Positions 9,290 through 19,831 of a stretch of 64,000 nucleotides of DNA are shown piece by piece. Source of the DNA: Chitinivibrionales bacterium (GTDB taxonomy: Bacteria > Fibrobacterota > Chitinivibrionia > Chitinivibrionales > WJKA01). The position numbers were made by a program, and so were the translations under genes. Location of the stretch: assembly GCA_038247415.1 (NCBI GenBank), contig JBBRUX010000007.1, positions 32,001-96,000 on the forward strand. The letters are read 5' to 3'. Position 1 is the stretch's first letter, and every line of letters begins with the position of its first letter. A model generated the notes under the pieces. It worked only from the letters and a program-made list of their open reading frames with translations. It did no database searches and was not told where the DNA came from.

Positions 9290-10549
9290 TTGGTGATACA
9301 AAAAATTGCACTGCTTTGCATAGTTCATTGCATGGCATTGACAACAATCGCGTATAGTCAACATGCAAGTTCTCTCTCGCTTGCCGATGCGCTTGAGATC
9401 GGTATCAAGAATAATTCCGAAATTGCAGCAGCACTTCAAAATGTAAATGCTGCGCACGGTCGGTTTGTTGCGGGAGTATCTTTGCCTCCACCTCAAGTGG
9501 CGTTTACCTATGATAATGTACCTTTACGAGAAGGACTCAGAGCGTATGATGAAAAATCTTTTGAAGTGAGTCAAGCCTTTGAATTTCCAGCGATATATGT
9601 AATGCGGGCAACTCAGGGAAAAAAAGAAAAGAAGATGGCTCAAATCGATTTTGGCGTGGCAAAAATACGGATAACACAACAAATAAAGTCTGCATATTTC
9701 GAGTTGCTCGCACGAAATAAGCAGATCCAAATTGCAGAGGAGAATTGTACTATTGCCCATGATTTTGAAAAACATGCCGAAGCGAGAGCTTTAGCAGGAG
9801 AAGCAACTGCATTGGAAGCTCTTGCTGCGCATGTTGGGTATGCAACCGCAAAAAATACTTTGACTGTTGCAGAGTATCAACAAAAGATTGCGCTGTATGA
9901 ACTTAAACAGGCAATGGGCTTACCATCAAATAACGAAACTATGTATGCATTAACAGATTCCCTTGGCACCTTTTTGCATGCTCCATCATTGCGGGATCTT
10001 ATTGACAAGGCAGATAAGAAAAATGGTGAAATACAAAATCGAACACTGCAGGTAGATATTTCTTCACTAGAAAAATCCAGGGCTATTGCATCGTTTGTCC
10101 CCGAGATCGCTTTGGGCTATTATTCCAAACAGATCGTAAATGCCGGTGATAAAAAAACGGTATATGGCGCTTCAATTGGATTTTCGGTGCCCCTCTATGG
10201 CATGTTAGATTATAGAGGAAAAGTTACAGAAGCGTCGGCGAATTTGAATGTAGCCACCGTGCAGCTGAGAAATGCTCAAAATTCGCTCGTGACAAATTTA
10301 CAAAAGGCTTTTGCACAATACAAATCTACAGATGCGCAGAGGGTATTGTATGCCACAGAAATTCTGCCGCAAGCCGAAGAAATGCTGCGGTGTGCCAAAG
10401 TAGGATATGAATCCGGAGAAAATTCTTATTCCGAATTTCTGTTGGCCCAGCAAACGCTCGCTCTTTCACGGGGGGAATATATTGACGTCTTGCTTTCGTG
10501 CAATCGAGCGCTCTGCGCAATGGATGAAGCAGCAGGAATAATCGAATAA
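9290..10549 (+). CDS. czcC: TolC-family outer membrane efflux protein
   Basis: Two OEP repeats, GFSVPL, GYESGE; upstream of MFP and RND. Confidence 0.85.
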   Translation: MVIQKIALLCIVHCMALTTIAYSQHASSLSLADALEIGIKNNSEIAAALQNVNAAHGRFVAGVSLPPPQVAFTYDNVPLREGLRAYDEKSFEVSQAFEFPAIYVMRATQGKKEKKMAQIDFGVAKIRITQQIKSAYFELLARNKQIQIAEENCTIAHDFEKHAEARALAGEATALEALAAHVGYATAKNTLTVAEYQQKIALYELKQAMGLPSNNETMYALTDSLGTFLHAPSLRDLIDKADKKNGEIQNRTLQVDISSLEKSRAIASFVPEIALGYYSKQIVNAGDKKTVYGASIGFSVPLYGMLDYRGKVTEASANLNVATVQLRNAQNSLVTNLQKAFAQYKSTDAQRVLYATEILPQAEEMLRCAKVGYESGENSYSEFLLAQQTLALSRGEYIDVLLSCNRALCAMDEAAGIIE

Positions 10550-10596
10550 TTGCTATAAGAACTCATAGTTTTCAAAATAAATACAAGGAGAATATA

Positions 10597-11772
10597 ATGG
10601 TTTCAAAAAGCATGATATACACACCACTGTTTTTTGTGGTGTCAATACTGTCGGTAGGATGTTCTAAGAGAGAGAGCGCACAAAAAGAGGAGTCTATCGT
10701 TATAGATACTGCTCAAATAGTTACGGTTACTTCTTTGACAGGAAAGGCAATTGGCCTTGTTTCTGAGCCGGTGGCGCTCAAAAAACATACCCGGTTCCTA
10801 ACCCTTCCTGCGAAGGTTGTGGTAGCGCAGGATAATGATGCTTTTGTGGGATCTCTTATATCGGGACGTGTATGCAATGTAGTTGTAAAGCTTGGTGACA
10901 GGGTAGCAGCAGGACAAACTCTCATGTTTGTGGAAGGACTGGAGATTGGCGAAATCAAGGCCCGGTATGCAACCGCATCGGCCGAATTCGAATTTGCAAA
11001 ATCGAACCTTGATAGGCAAAAAAAGTTGTTAGAAAGCAATGTTTCTTCACAGAGGAGTCTTTTGGAAGCTCAGATGCACTATGATAAAGCAATGGCATTA
11101 TTTGGTGCAGAAAAGAGCAGGATAAAAGCAATTGGGCTTTCGGAAAGCGATGCAGCAACCCAGGCTGTTTTTTCGGAAGACCGGTGCAGTGGGACTTTGG
11201 CCATCAAATCTCCTCTGAGTGGCATTGTCGTAGAACGAAATGTTGTTATTGGTCAATTGGTTGACGGAGGAGTAAATGCATTTAGAATTGTAAATTTGTC
11301 GTCTGTATGCGTCGATGCGCAGGTGTACGAAAAGGATCTTGATAAGTGTGTTCTTAAAAGCAGTGCAACATTTTCGGTATCGGCATACCCAGCAGAAGTT
11401 TTTGCAGGCATTGTTACCTCAATTGGTCAAATTGTGGACGAACAGACGCACACTCTGCGCATTCGTGCCGAATTAAAAAATCCGTTTGCAAAGTTGAAGC
11501 CTTCTATGTTTGGAGAATTAACGCTTCCCGTTGATAATAAAAAAACTGCACTTATTGTTCCTGCCGAAGCCCTTTTAAAAATCGATAATGCAGATTGTGT
11601 CTTTATCCAAACTTCCGATTCAACGTTTGAAAAGCGAGTTGTTATGGCCAATCCAGCTCCGCGCGAAATGGTGGAAATTCTCCAAGGAATCCGCGATGGA
11701 GAAAAAGTAGTTGTCAAGGGTGCCTTTTATCTTAAAAGTGAACTCTTAAAATCGTCTTTAGGAGGCGAATAA
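10597..11772 (+). CDS. czcB: RND periplasmic adaptor subunit
   Basis: Lipobox VGC, GDRVAAGQ, IKSPLSG, LKPSMF. Confidence 0.9.
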   Translation: MVSKSMIYTPLFFVVSILSVGCSKRESAQKEESIVIDTAQIVTVTSLTGKAIGLVSEPVALKKHTRFLTLPAKVVVAQDNDAFVGSLISGRVCNVVVKLGDRVAAGQTLMFVEGLEIGEIKARYATASAEFEFAKSNLDRQKKLLESNVSSQRSLLEAQMHYDKAMALFGAEKSRIKAIGLSESDAATQAVFSEDRCSGTLAIKSPLSGIVVERNVVIGQLVDGGVNAFRIVNLSSVCVDAQVYEKDLDKCVLKSSATFSVSAYPAEVFAGIVTSIGQIVDEQTHTLRIRAELKNPFAKLKPSMFGELTLPVDNKKTALIVPAEALLKIDNADCVFIQTSDSTFEKRVVMANPAPREMVEILQGIRDGEKVVVKGAFYLKSELLKSSLGGE

Positions 11773-11773
11773 T

Positions 11774-14700
11774 ATGTTGGAAAAAATTATTTCATCGCTT
11801 CTGAAACAACGTGCAGGCGTCTTGCTCATTATTGCGCTCATCATTGGCATCGGAACCTATTCGTATTACAAACTGACTATCGATGCCTTTCCAGATGTAA
11901 CCAATATTCAGGTTGATGTGGTGAGCTATGCAGATGGACTCTCGGCAGTTGAAATAGAGCGTTCTGTAACCTATCCGGTTGAGATGTCGATGCGAGGTTT
12001 GCCTAAAGTTAAGCAATTACGTTCCGTAACAAAATTTGGTTTGTCGCTTGTTACGATAGTTTTTGAGGATAATGTTGATATTTATTTTGCCCGTCAACTA
12101 GTATTTGAGCGGCTGGCCCAAGCAAAAGAAAGCGTGCCGCCTGGTGTGGAGCTTTCTATGGGTCCTATTGCTACTGCAATGGGAGAGATCTATCAATTTA
12201 CGCTCGATGGGAAAATGCCCGATGATGCACAAAAAAAGAAAGAATATCTTACACAACTAAGAACTTTGCAGGAGTGGGTCATTAACCCGTTGCTCAAAAG
12301 TGTCCCCGGTGTCAATGAGATCAATTCCTTTGGGGGGTATTTTAAACAATACGATGTTATAGTATCTCCAGAAAAACTACTTAAGTATAACATTGCCCTT
12401 TCTGATGTGTTTGCGGCAATAGAAAACAATAATCAGAATGCGGGCGGAAATATTCTAGAAAAATATTCCGATCAATACATTGTTAGAGGAATCGGGCTTA
12501 TTAAAGACACTACGGATATTGGGAATATTGTCCTGAAAAGTATTGATGGAATCCCAACGCTTATCAAAGATGTTGCGCAGATACAGCTTGGTGAGGCAGT
12601 TCGCCAGGGAGCATCAATGATAAACGGTAAAGATGAAGTGGTTGGTGGAATTGTCATGATGCTGCGAGGTGAAAATAGCCGCGATGTTGTAAACCGCGTC
12701 AAAGCTAAAGTTAAGGAAATCAACGGGAATAATGCCTTGCCAAAAGGAATACAAATTGTTCCGTATTACGATAGATCAGATATAATCAATGCCTCGATAG
12801 GAACGGTAAACAAGGCTCTTTTAGAAGGGGCTCTGCTGGTATTGGTTGTTCTTTATTTGTTGCTGCGAAGCATGCGAGGTTCATGCGTGGTCCTTATGGG
12901 TTTGCCGCTTTCTCTTCTTGTAACTTTTATCGTAATGAAAGCATGGGGTATAAGCGCAAACTTGATGTCTCTGGGTGGGCTTGCCATTTCTATCGGAATG
13001 ATCATGGATTCTACCATCATCCAGGTTGAAAATGTTCAGCGTAAACTCAATGAAGCCAAGGCTTCTGCGCACAGAATGTCGACTATTCTCAAAGCTGTGC
13101 TGGAAGTGCAGAAGCCGAGTATTTTTGGGGTTCTTATTATTGCTATTACTTTTATTCCTATTTTGTCGCTTGAAGGGATCGAAGGCAAAATGTTTGCTCC
13201 CCTTGCTATAACGGTTGCTATAGCTCTTCTTGCGTCACTGGTAGTATCGATTCTCATTACTCCAGGTTTATGTCTTTTGTTTTTGAAGCCGCAAACAGAA
13301 AAGCCTGGCGGAATTATGAATGGCATTAAAAAAGTATATATGCCCCTTCTTCGAAAAAGTATTCGTAAGAAAAAAGTGATGATTGGTATTGCAATTGCAG
13401 CTCTTGGTGTATCTTTGGGATTATTTACTAAAATTGGTACAGAATTTCTTCCGATTATGGATGAGAGCGCTTTTGATCTGGATGTTTCGCTTTTACCCGG
13501 TGTATCCCTTGACAAAGCCATGGAAATTAATATGCTTATCGGGGAAAAAATGAAAAAGTTTCCCGAACTCAAGACTGTTGTTTCCCGCACAGGACAAACC
13601 GGAGTTGCTCTTGATACCCGTGGAGTTGATAAAACAGGATATGTTGGCGTTCTGTATCCTAAAAAACAATGGAAAATTAAACGCACCCATGAACAATTGA
13701 CAGAAGCAATGAGAGATTCCCTTTCATCCATTCCGGGGATCGCCTTTAGCTTTAGTCAGCCCATTCAATGCCGCATTGATGAATTGGTTGCGGGAACCAA
13801 GGCACAGTTGATTTTAAAGCTTTTTGGTGACAATTTGGAAGTTTTAAAAGAAAAAGCAACAGATATCGAAAAAATCCTCTCGTCTATAGAAGGATGCACA
13901 GATCTTGTTACCGAGAGCATATCAGGGCAACCCTATCTAACTATCGAAATTGACAGATTAAAAATTGCCCGCTATGGGCTTGCGATACGAGATGTTCAGG
14001 AAATCATCGAAATTGCCCTTGCGGGAAAGATTGCATCGCAACTCTATGAAGCAAACAAGAGCTTTGATATTTCTGTTCGTCTTCCACAAGAGCATCGGAC
14101 GTCTGTAGAAACAATTGGGAATATTCTGGTACCAACCCCAACTGGTTCCAATATTCCTCTTAGTCAAATTTCAACGATTGCCATATCTGTTGGGCCTGTG
14201 CAGATAAGTCGTGATGATGGATTGCGCCGAATTGGTATTGAGCTTAATATTTCTGGAAGAGATATAGGGAGCTTTGTTGCAGAGGCTAAACAGAAAATTA
14301 TGGAGAAGGCAAAACTTCCCGAGGGCTACTACATAATGTGGGGTGGGCAATTTGAAAACCAGCAGCGAGCAATGGCAAAACTTGTTATGGTGGGACCGAT
14401 TGCCATCGGACTTATCCTTATATTACTCTTTTTGACATTTCGTACTATTAGGCTTTCGCTTCTTGTTATTTCCAATTTACCGTTTGCGCTTATTGGTGGA
14501 ATGTTTTCGCTCTGGATATCGGGGCTGTATCTTTCGGTACCGGCTGCGGTGGGTTTTATTGTACTGTTTGGTGTTGCCGTATTGAATGGCGTAGTTCTTG
14601 TTTCGCATATTGCACAACTGCGTGAAGAAGGAATGGATTTGCAAAATGCGCTTGAAACAGGATGCGCAAACAGGCTGCGTCCAGTGCTCATGACAGCATC

Positions 14701-14881
14701 CATTGCAATTTTCAGTCTCATTCCGATGCTGTATGCAAGCGGAACCGGCTCGGAAATACAAAAGCCATTGGCCGTAGTTGTTGTTGGGGGTCTGGTGACA
14801 TCAACGCTTTTGACGCTTTTCTTAATTCCTTCCCTGTATGGGTGGTTTGAAAATCGAAAAAAGGTAGTTGAAGAGGTTTGA
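11774..14881 (+). CDS. czcA: CusA/CzcA heavy-metal efflux RND pump
   Basis: IDAFPDVTN, ANLMSLGGLAI, RLRPVLMTA, GSEIQKPLA; 1035 aa. Confidence 0.95.
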   Translation: MLEKIISSLLKQRAGVLLIIALIIGIGTYSYYKLTIDAFPDVTNIQVDVVSYADGLSAVEIERSVTYPVEMSMRGLPKVKQLRSVTKFGLSLVTIVFEDNVDIYFARQLVFERLAQAKESVPPGVELSMGPIATAMGEIYQFTLDGKMPDDAQKKKEYLTQLRTLQEWVINPLLKSVPGVNEINSFGGYFKQYDVIVSPEKLLKYNIALSDVFAAIENNNQNAGGNILEKYSDQYIVRGIGLIKDTTDIGNIVLKSIDGIPTLIKDVAQIQLGEAVRQGASMINGKDEVVGGIVMMLRGENSRDVVNRVKAKVKEINGNNALPKGIQIVPYYDRSDIINASIGTVNKALLEGALLVLVVLYLLLRSMRGSCVVLMGLPLSLLVTFIVMKAWGISANLMSLGGLAISIGMIMDSTIIQVENVQRKLNEAKASAHRMSTILKAVLEVQKPSIFGVLIIAITFIPILSLEGIEGKMFAPLAITVAIALLASLVVSILITPGLCLLFLKPQTEKPGGIMNGIKKVYMPLLRKSIRKKKVMIGIAIAALGVSLGLFTKIGTEFLPIMDESAFDLDVSLLPGVSLDKAMEINMLIGEKMKKFPELKTVVSRTGQTGVALDTRGVDKTGYVGVLYPKKQWKIKRTHEQLTEAMRDSLSSIPGIAFSFSQPIQCRIDELVAGTKAQLILKLFGDNLEVLKEKATDIEKILSSIEGCTDLVTESISGQPYLTIEIDRLKIARYGLAIRDVQEIIEIALAGKIASQLYEANKSFDISVRLPQEHRTSVETIGNILVPTPTGSNIPLSQISTIAISVGPVQISRDDGLRRIGIELNISGRDIGSFVAEAKQKIMEKAKLPEGYYIMWGGQFENQQRAMAKLVMVGPIAIGLILILLFLTFRTIRLSLLVISNLPFALIGGMFSLWISGLYLSVPAAVGFIVLFGVAVLNGVVLVSHIAQLREEGMDLQNALETGCANRLRPVLMTASIAIFSLIPMLYASGTGSEIQKPLAVVVVGGLVTSTLLTLFLIPSLYGWFENRKKVVEEV

Positions 14882-15130
14882 TTCACAGGATGAAAGCATT
14901 TTTATTGTGGGCTCCGTAAAGGAACTTGATTTAAAAATGCTTTTTTCTTGTAGCACTAATCCTTTTGGTGTTCATCCCCGTCGAATTAAATCCACCCACA
15001 TATCGACCGTGTTCCATGGCTAATGCGTGTCGTTGATATCACGAAATGGTTCTCCGATTGCTTTGGTTCCTTGGGGAGCAGTATATTTTACAGTATTAGA
15101 TAGTGTCTCTCTTTTCTTTGCGCGAAGAGG

Positions 15131-15916
15131 TTGTATATGAAGAGAATTTTTTTTTCCTGCTTAAGCTGGATATTGGTTACTGTGGGTCTTTTTAGCATGG
15201 CCGGGTGTAGCGCCAGCAAAAATAATGTATCTGGAAAGACTTCGGCACTCTTTGTTCGTGTGCAAGCAACGGTAAATGGGGAAGATTTGAAGTATGGTTC
15301 GGTTTATAAAACCAGCTCTGGTCGACAATTTAGGATTTCAGATTTTCGTTATTACCTCACGAGAATCGGCGCTACCCGTTCCGATGGAACTCAAAACGCC
15401 CCGTTTGATTCTGTTATCCTTATTTCTCCAGATTTACAAAGTTCCTATCTTCGTGTCCCTGTTTTACAAGGGGCGTATAAATCCTTACAATTTACAATCG
15501 GTTTAGATTCACTCAAAAATCATGGAGATCCCACCGTATACGCTTTGCCTCATCCATTGGCTATTCAGACTCCGAGCATGCATTGGGATTGGAACAGCGG
15601 GTATCTCTTTTTGAAATTAGAAGGGTTGGTTGATACTACGGTACAGGCAAATGGCCCAATAAATACGGAATATTTTTACCATATTGGCCTCGATACTATG
15701 CTGCGAGCGGTTGATATCCCCATAGCATTTTCAGTGCCGTCTTCTGGTGCCTGCTCACTGGACGTACGCTGCGGGATCGATTCGATTATAGCGCATATCG
15801 ATTTTTTAAAAGAGAGATCGACCCATACTTTTGATAATCTTCCCTTGGCGCAAAGGATTATGGATCGCATAATCAATTCGTTTGCTGTTGTCAATATACA
15901 TCCTGCAATTCAGTGA
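15131..15916 (+). CDS. mbnP: MbnP-family copper-binding lipoprotein
   Basis: MHWDWNSGYLFLKLEG WxW motif, FYHIG; adjacent to diheme enzyme. Confidence 0.8.
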   Translation: MYMKRIFFSCLSWILVTVGLFSMAGCSASKNNVSGKTSALFVRVQATVNGEDLKYGSVYKTSSGRQFRISDFRYYLTRIGATRSDGTQNAPFDSVILISPDLQSSYLRVPVLQGAYKSLQFTIGLDSLKNHGDPTVYALPHPLAIQTPSMHWDWNSGYLFLKLEGLVDTTVQANGPINTEYFYHIGLDTMLRAVDIPIAFSVPSSGACSLDVRCGIDSIIAHIDFLKERSTHTFDNLPLAQRIMDRIINSFAVVNIHPAIQ

Positions 15917-15939
15917 TAGTGTGCAGATTTGGCTGAGAG

Positions 15940-16968
15940 GTGCAATTTGTGGAAAAACAAACCCGATTTGTAGTATTTGTTCTTTGTGTATGTGGAGCAG
16001 GTATTGGCATTGGCTTAATTGGCGTGTATTTCTACTTTTCTCCCTTCTTGGATCAGAGCAATCAGATTGTACACTATAAAATACCCCGAGGTTTTCCGTA
16101 TCCTCTAATTCCTGTTGATAATCAGCCTACCAAGAATCGTATCGCATTGGGTAAGCAGCTTTTTTTGGATCCTATCCTCTCAAAAGATTCAACTATTTCG
16201 TGCGCATCCTGCCATAAAGAATCGGCTGCGTTTGCTGATGGTTTGCCTAAAAGTAAAGGTATTAATGGGAACTTTGCTTTGCGTAATGCCCCAACTATAA
16301 TTAATTGTGCATACCTGCCGTATACTACCTGGGATGGAGGGGTACCAACACTTGAGCAACAGGTTCTTGTTCCCATAGCAAATCCTTTAGAAATGGGCTT
16401 TGATATTAATAAGGTTGTGGAGAGGCTTAAAAGAGATCGAAATTATGTGAGTTTGTTTAAGAGTGCTTACCAACAAGGTCCCTCAGTATATACCCTTACT
16501 CGGGCTATTGCATGCTACGAACGTTCACTTTTGAGTACTGGTTCCCGATACGATAGATTTCTTTATGAGAAAGATACTACCGCATTAACACAATCTGAAA
16601 AAAAAGGAAAAGATCTCTTTTTTGGTGAACGAGGAGAGTGCTTTCATTGTCATGGAGAATACAACTTTACCGATTATAGTTTCAAAAACAATGGGCTCTC
16701 TGAAATATATGCAGATTCAGGCAGAGCACGCATTACGTTATCGCGTAGTGATGTTGGCAAATTTAAGGTTCCATCGTTACGAAATATTGCGCGCACAGCT
16801 CCTTATATGCATAATGGCTCTATTGTTACGCTAGAATTGGCGGTAGATCATTATGCACGGGGTGGATATGCTCATCCTAACAAGAGTGGCCTCATTAAAC
16901 CCATCAATTTGACAGATAAAGAAAAAAGTGAACTTGTAGATTTTTTAAAAGCACTTTCCGATGATTAA
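15940..16968 (+). CDS. Di-heme cytochrome c peroxidase/MbnH family
   Basis: CASCH and CFHCH, LGKQLFLDP, FKVPSLRN, APYMHNG. Confidence 0.9.
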   Translation: MQFVEKQTRFVVFVLCVCGAGIGIGLIGVYFYFSPFLDQSNQIVHYKIPRGFPYPLIPVDNQPTKNRIALGKQLFLDPILSKDSTISCASCHKESAAFADGLPKSKGINGNFALRNAPTIINCAYLPYTTWDGGVPTLEQQVLVPIANPLEMGFDINKVVERLKRDRNYVSLFKSAYQQGPSVYTLTRAIACYERSLLSTGSRYDRFLYEKDTTALTQSEKKGKDLFFGERGECFHCHGEYNFTDYSFKNNGLSEIYADSGRARITLSRSDVGKFKVPSLRNIARTAPYMHNGSIVTLELAVDHYARGGYAHPNKSGLIKPINLTDKEKSELVDFLKALSDD

Positions 16969-17129
16969 ACTGTTCTCTATAAATGTCGTACCGAAAGAAC
17001 AGTTTTCAAATGAAAGTTAATTGATACGGAGGAAGTTAGCGGGCGCCCGGAAGAACCCAGGCGCGCAAACCATGCTTTTTTTTGCTCCGCATAAATTCTC
17101 GTGATTTTTATGCGAAGCAAAAGCGGCTG

Positions 17130-17960
17130 CTATTTGTTAATATTTACAAAGGGCATTCCGCCGTTACCGGTGACTTGGGGAAGGATGCCATTCCATTTCT
17201 CGATAGCCTTAAGGTTTGCTTCGATTTTCCTAAGCTCGAGAAGATCACTTGAAATATTTGCTCTTTGAAGTCGCAGGGCTTCGGCTTCGGCCTGAGCTGC
17301 GGTGATTTTTTGTTCCGCCTCAATTTTAATTCTGTCAAGATCTCTTGTTGCCTTTTGAGCCAACTGTTCTGCTGCCTGTTTCGATTCAATCGCTTCTCCA
17401 AATATCCTTGAAAAATTGAACGCTACAATAGAAAAGGCATCGACAGTGATATTGTTGGTTGCAAGTCTTTCGGCTAATGTTTGTCTCATTTCTTCGCCGA
17501 CCTTTGATCTTTTTGTAATCAGTTCCTCTGCAGTGTATCTGGCTGAAACAGCTTTAACGACTTCAAGAATTGCTGGATCGATAATACGTTCCTTGTATTC
17601 AATACCAATATTCTGGTATATGACATTAGCTTTTTCTGGCAAAACATGGTAATTGAGTGCAAGAGTCGAAGTTACGTCTTGCAGGTCGGATGAAGCCGCA
17701 ACAGTTTCTGTGGTTGCCTTCTGAATCTGGACATTTATCACTGCCACCTTTTGCATAACGGGGATAAGGAAATGAAGCCCTTCTCCAAGGACTGTTTGCT
17801 GAACTGCCCCGAAATTGAGTACAACGCCACGTTGTCCAGCTCCGATTTGAACAAACGGACGGAAGAAAATGAGAATGAATAATATCCCACCAACAACAAA
17901 TACCCAACGCGGCATTTTTTTTATCTCTCGAGTAACATCATTGAAATTATCGCTAGCCAT
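17130..17960 (-). CDS. SPFH/prohibitin family membrane protein
   Basis: N-terminal TM, EGLHF, SDLQ, AEELITKR, AIESKQAAEQ. Confidence 0.9.
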   Translation of the reverse strand: MASDNFNDVTREIKKMPRWVFVVGGILFILIFFRPFVQIGAGQRGVVLNFGAVQQTVLGEGLHFLIPVMQKVAVINVQIQKATTETVAASSDLQDVTSTLALNYHVLPEKANVIYQNIGIEYKERIIDPAILEVVKAVSARYTAEELITKRSKVGEEMRQTLAERLATNNITVDAFSIVAFNFSRIFGEAIESKQAAEQLAQKATRDLDRIKIEAEQKITAAQAEAEALRLQRANISSDLLELRKIEANLKAIEKWNGILPQVTGNGGMPFVNINK

Positions 17961-18148
17961 ACACGTAACTCCTTGCACTGAATGGTGAATTAATAAATGT
18001 CAATAGACTGTGATTAAAGCCATGAGTAATTCGTTTCTTATTGCTTACTAAATTACATGATAGTCATGCCTACGCGTCAAAACATTTTTGGATCATCGAA
18101 TCGAGAATGAGACTTTTGAGCCCAAGTACCGCTTAAACAGGGATGTTT

Positions 18149-18487
18149 TTAAAGGCGAAGAACCGTAGAGGAGAGTGCTACAAGAGAAATGTTTGGGAGA
18201 GGATTATTATCGCGGAAAATTAAGTCGTTTTTATCAGAAAGATTCTGATTGTTTTGGAATAGCCTCCTTGCTGATTGTTTTGATATTCTAATTTGATGAG
18301 TATTTTTGATAGTAAATGATTGAGCGATGCGACCGGTGACATCTTCTGAGGAGTATTCCCGATTATTTTCAGAGCTGGATTTTGAACAATCTGAGTGGTT
18401 TAAAGAAATAGTGCAAGGGCTTTCCGCACCAAGAGCCAGAACAAAAATCACAAACAAGACAGAAATGAGCTGAAGAAATTTGTCCAT
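18149..18487 (-). CDS. Small exported leader-like protein ending VLRL
   Basis: Hydrophobic N-terminus, CTISLNHSDC, C-terminal LVALSSTVLRL; start inferred. Confidence 0.5.
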   Translation of the reverse strand: MDKFLQLISVLFVIFVLALGAESPCTISLNHSDCSKSSSENNREYSSEDVTGRIAQSFTIKNTHQIRISKQSARRLFQNNQNLSDKNDLIFRDNNPLPNISLVALSSTVLRL

Positions 18488-18643
18488 ATATTTATTTCGA
18501 TTGTCCAAGGAATAAATTGTTTTGAATTGAGCCGGCCCTATTATGACGTCGGTGCACAATCCATTGCTTAATAGATCCACAATGGCAAACGTGGCTGGGG
18601 ATACCAAGGAAGCAATTTAAAATGGATGCCATTATAAAATCCT

Positions 18644-19500
18644 TTATCTGTTTTCTTTGGTCAAATCGGATCCTGCGATTGATGGAATTAATTTTAAAAG
18701 TTCCATAAATGCAATTGCGATAACCCCACCGGAAAGTGCCAAAAGTACATCTGTTATAGAAACATTTCCAAACTGAAAAATATTTTTAAGAAAAGGCAGT
18801 GTGAAAATTAGGCTCATCAGGACTGTTGTTCCGTCCATTAGCCATCTGAACGCAGCATTCTTTTCAGCGTGCAGACGGGATCGATAATCAGTTCAAGAAA
18901 AACAATATGAACGGGAAATAGAATAAGAGGCCATTTAAAAAGGCCTGGTATCCATGAGAGTCCTGTAATTGGTATATGAACCGAGAGAATATACATCATA
19001 GCTTTTTTGAGGTTGTCATAGATGCGTCGTCCCATGCGAACTGCTGTCACAATAGAATTAAAATCGTCATCAGGAAGAACAAGAGATGCAGCTTCGCGGG
19101 CAACATCGGTACTACGACCACCCATGGCTATGCCGATATGCGCAGCCTTAAGTGCGGGGGCACCGTTGACACCATCGCCGGTTGTGGCGACTATTTCCTT
19201 GTTAATCTTTAGAGCATTGACAATACGTAGTTTCTGTTCCGGTACCATGCGAGCGAATATATAACTTCTTTGATCTGCACAGCAAGTTCATCATCACTCA
19301 GAGCTTCGAGTTTCGAGCCACTGTGTTTGTGTCTTGTCGAAGTGGCATAAGTCCGCACTTGCTTCTGGTGCGCCTTTGGCTGCAATTACCAATTAATCAC
19401 CCGATTCGGAAGTCCACACGCGCGACATTGCGAGAAGCTCTTTACTGAGAGGATATTCGCGCTGTAAGTTCCAGGAAGCATAAAGATGCTCAATTTTTGC
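18644..19500 (-). pseudogene. Cation-transporting P-type ATPase remnants
   Basis: Fragments REYPLS, AAKGAPEA, FARMVPEQKLRIV, TGDGVNGAPAL, GRRIYDNL with stops, frameshifts and deletions. Confidence 0.85.
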
Positions 19501-19831
19501 AAGACTACTTTCTAAATATATTGCAAGGTGAAAAGGAAATCAAATAGTAATTATCCTTATTTGAAGTTCAGCCAATTTGCAGCCCAATTTTTTAACTTTG
19601 TGGAAGTCATAGCTGCATACGCCAGTCGTGGGGGATGAGATTGCAATGATACGTTGAGATGATATGCTGCTGTCAATCAAGAGATTGGTCGCCGCTAGAT
19701 CGACAATAGGTGACTAAGCGGCACTAGCTTTTGCCGCAATTATCATGTTGCCTATGAAAATTAGTCGTACCATTTTGTCGAGAGCAAATTTCAATGGCGA
19801 CGAAATCATTGCGGAAGCTTTATTACCCGGC

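Noticed and set aside
15131..16968. Methanobactin biosynthetic cluster
   Set aside because: No precursor peptide or mbnBC visible
17079..17123. Terminator call for TTTTGCTCCGCATAAA/TTTATGCGAAGCAAAA hairpin
   Set aside because: The hairpin is real but no U-tract follows it on either strand
19500..19830. Possible ncRNA or gene remnant in intergenic stretch
   Set aside because: No recognisable motif, ORF or stable structure by eye
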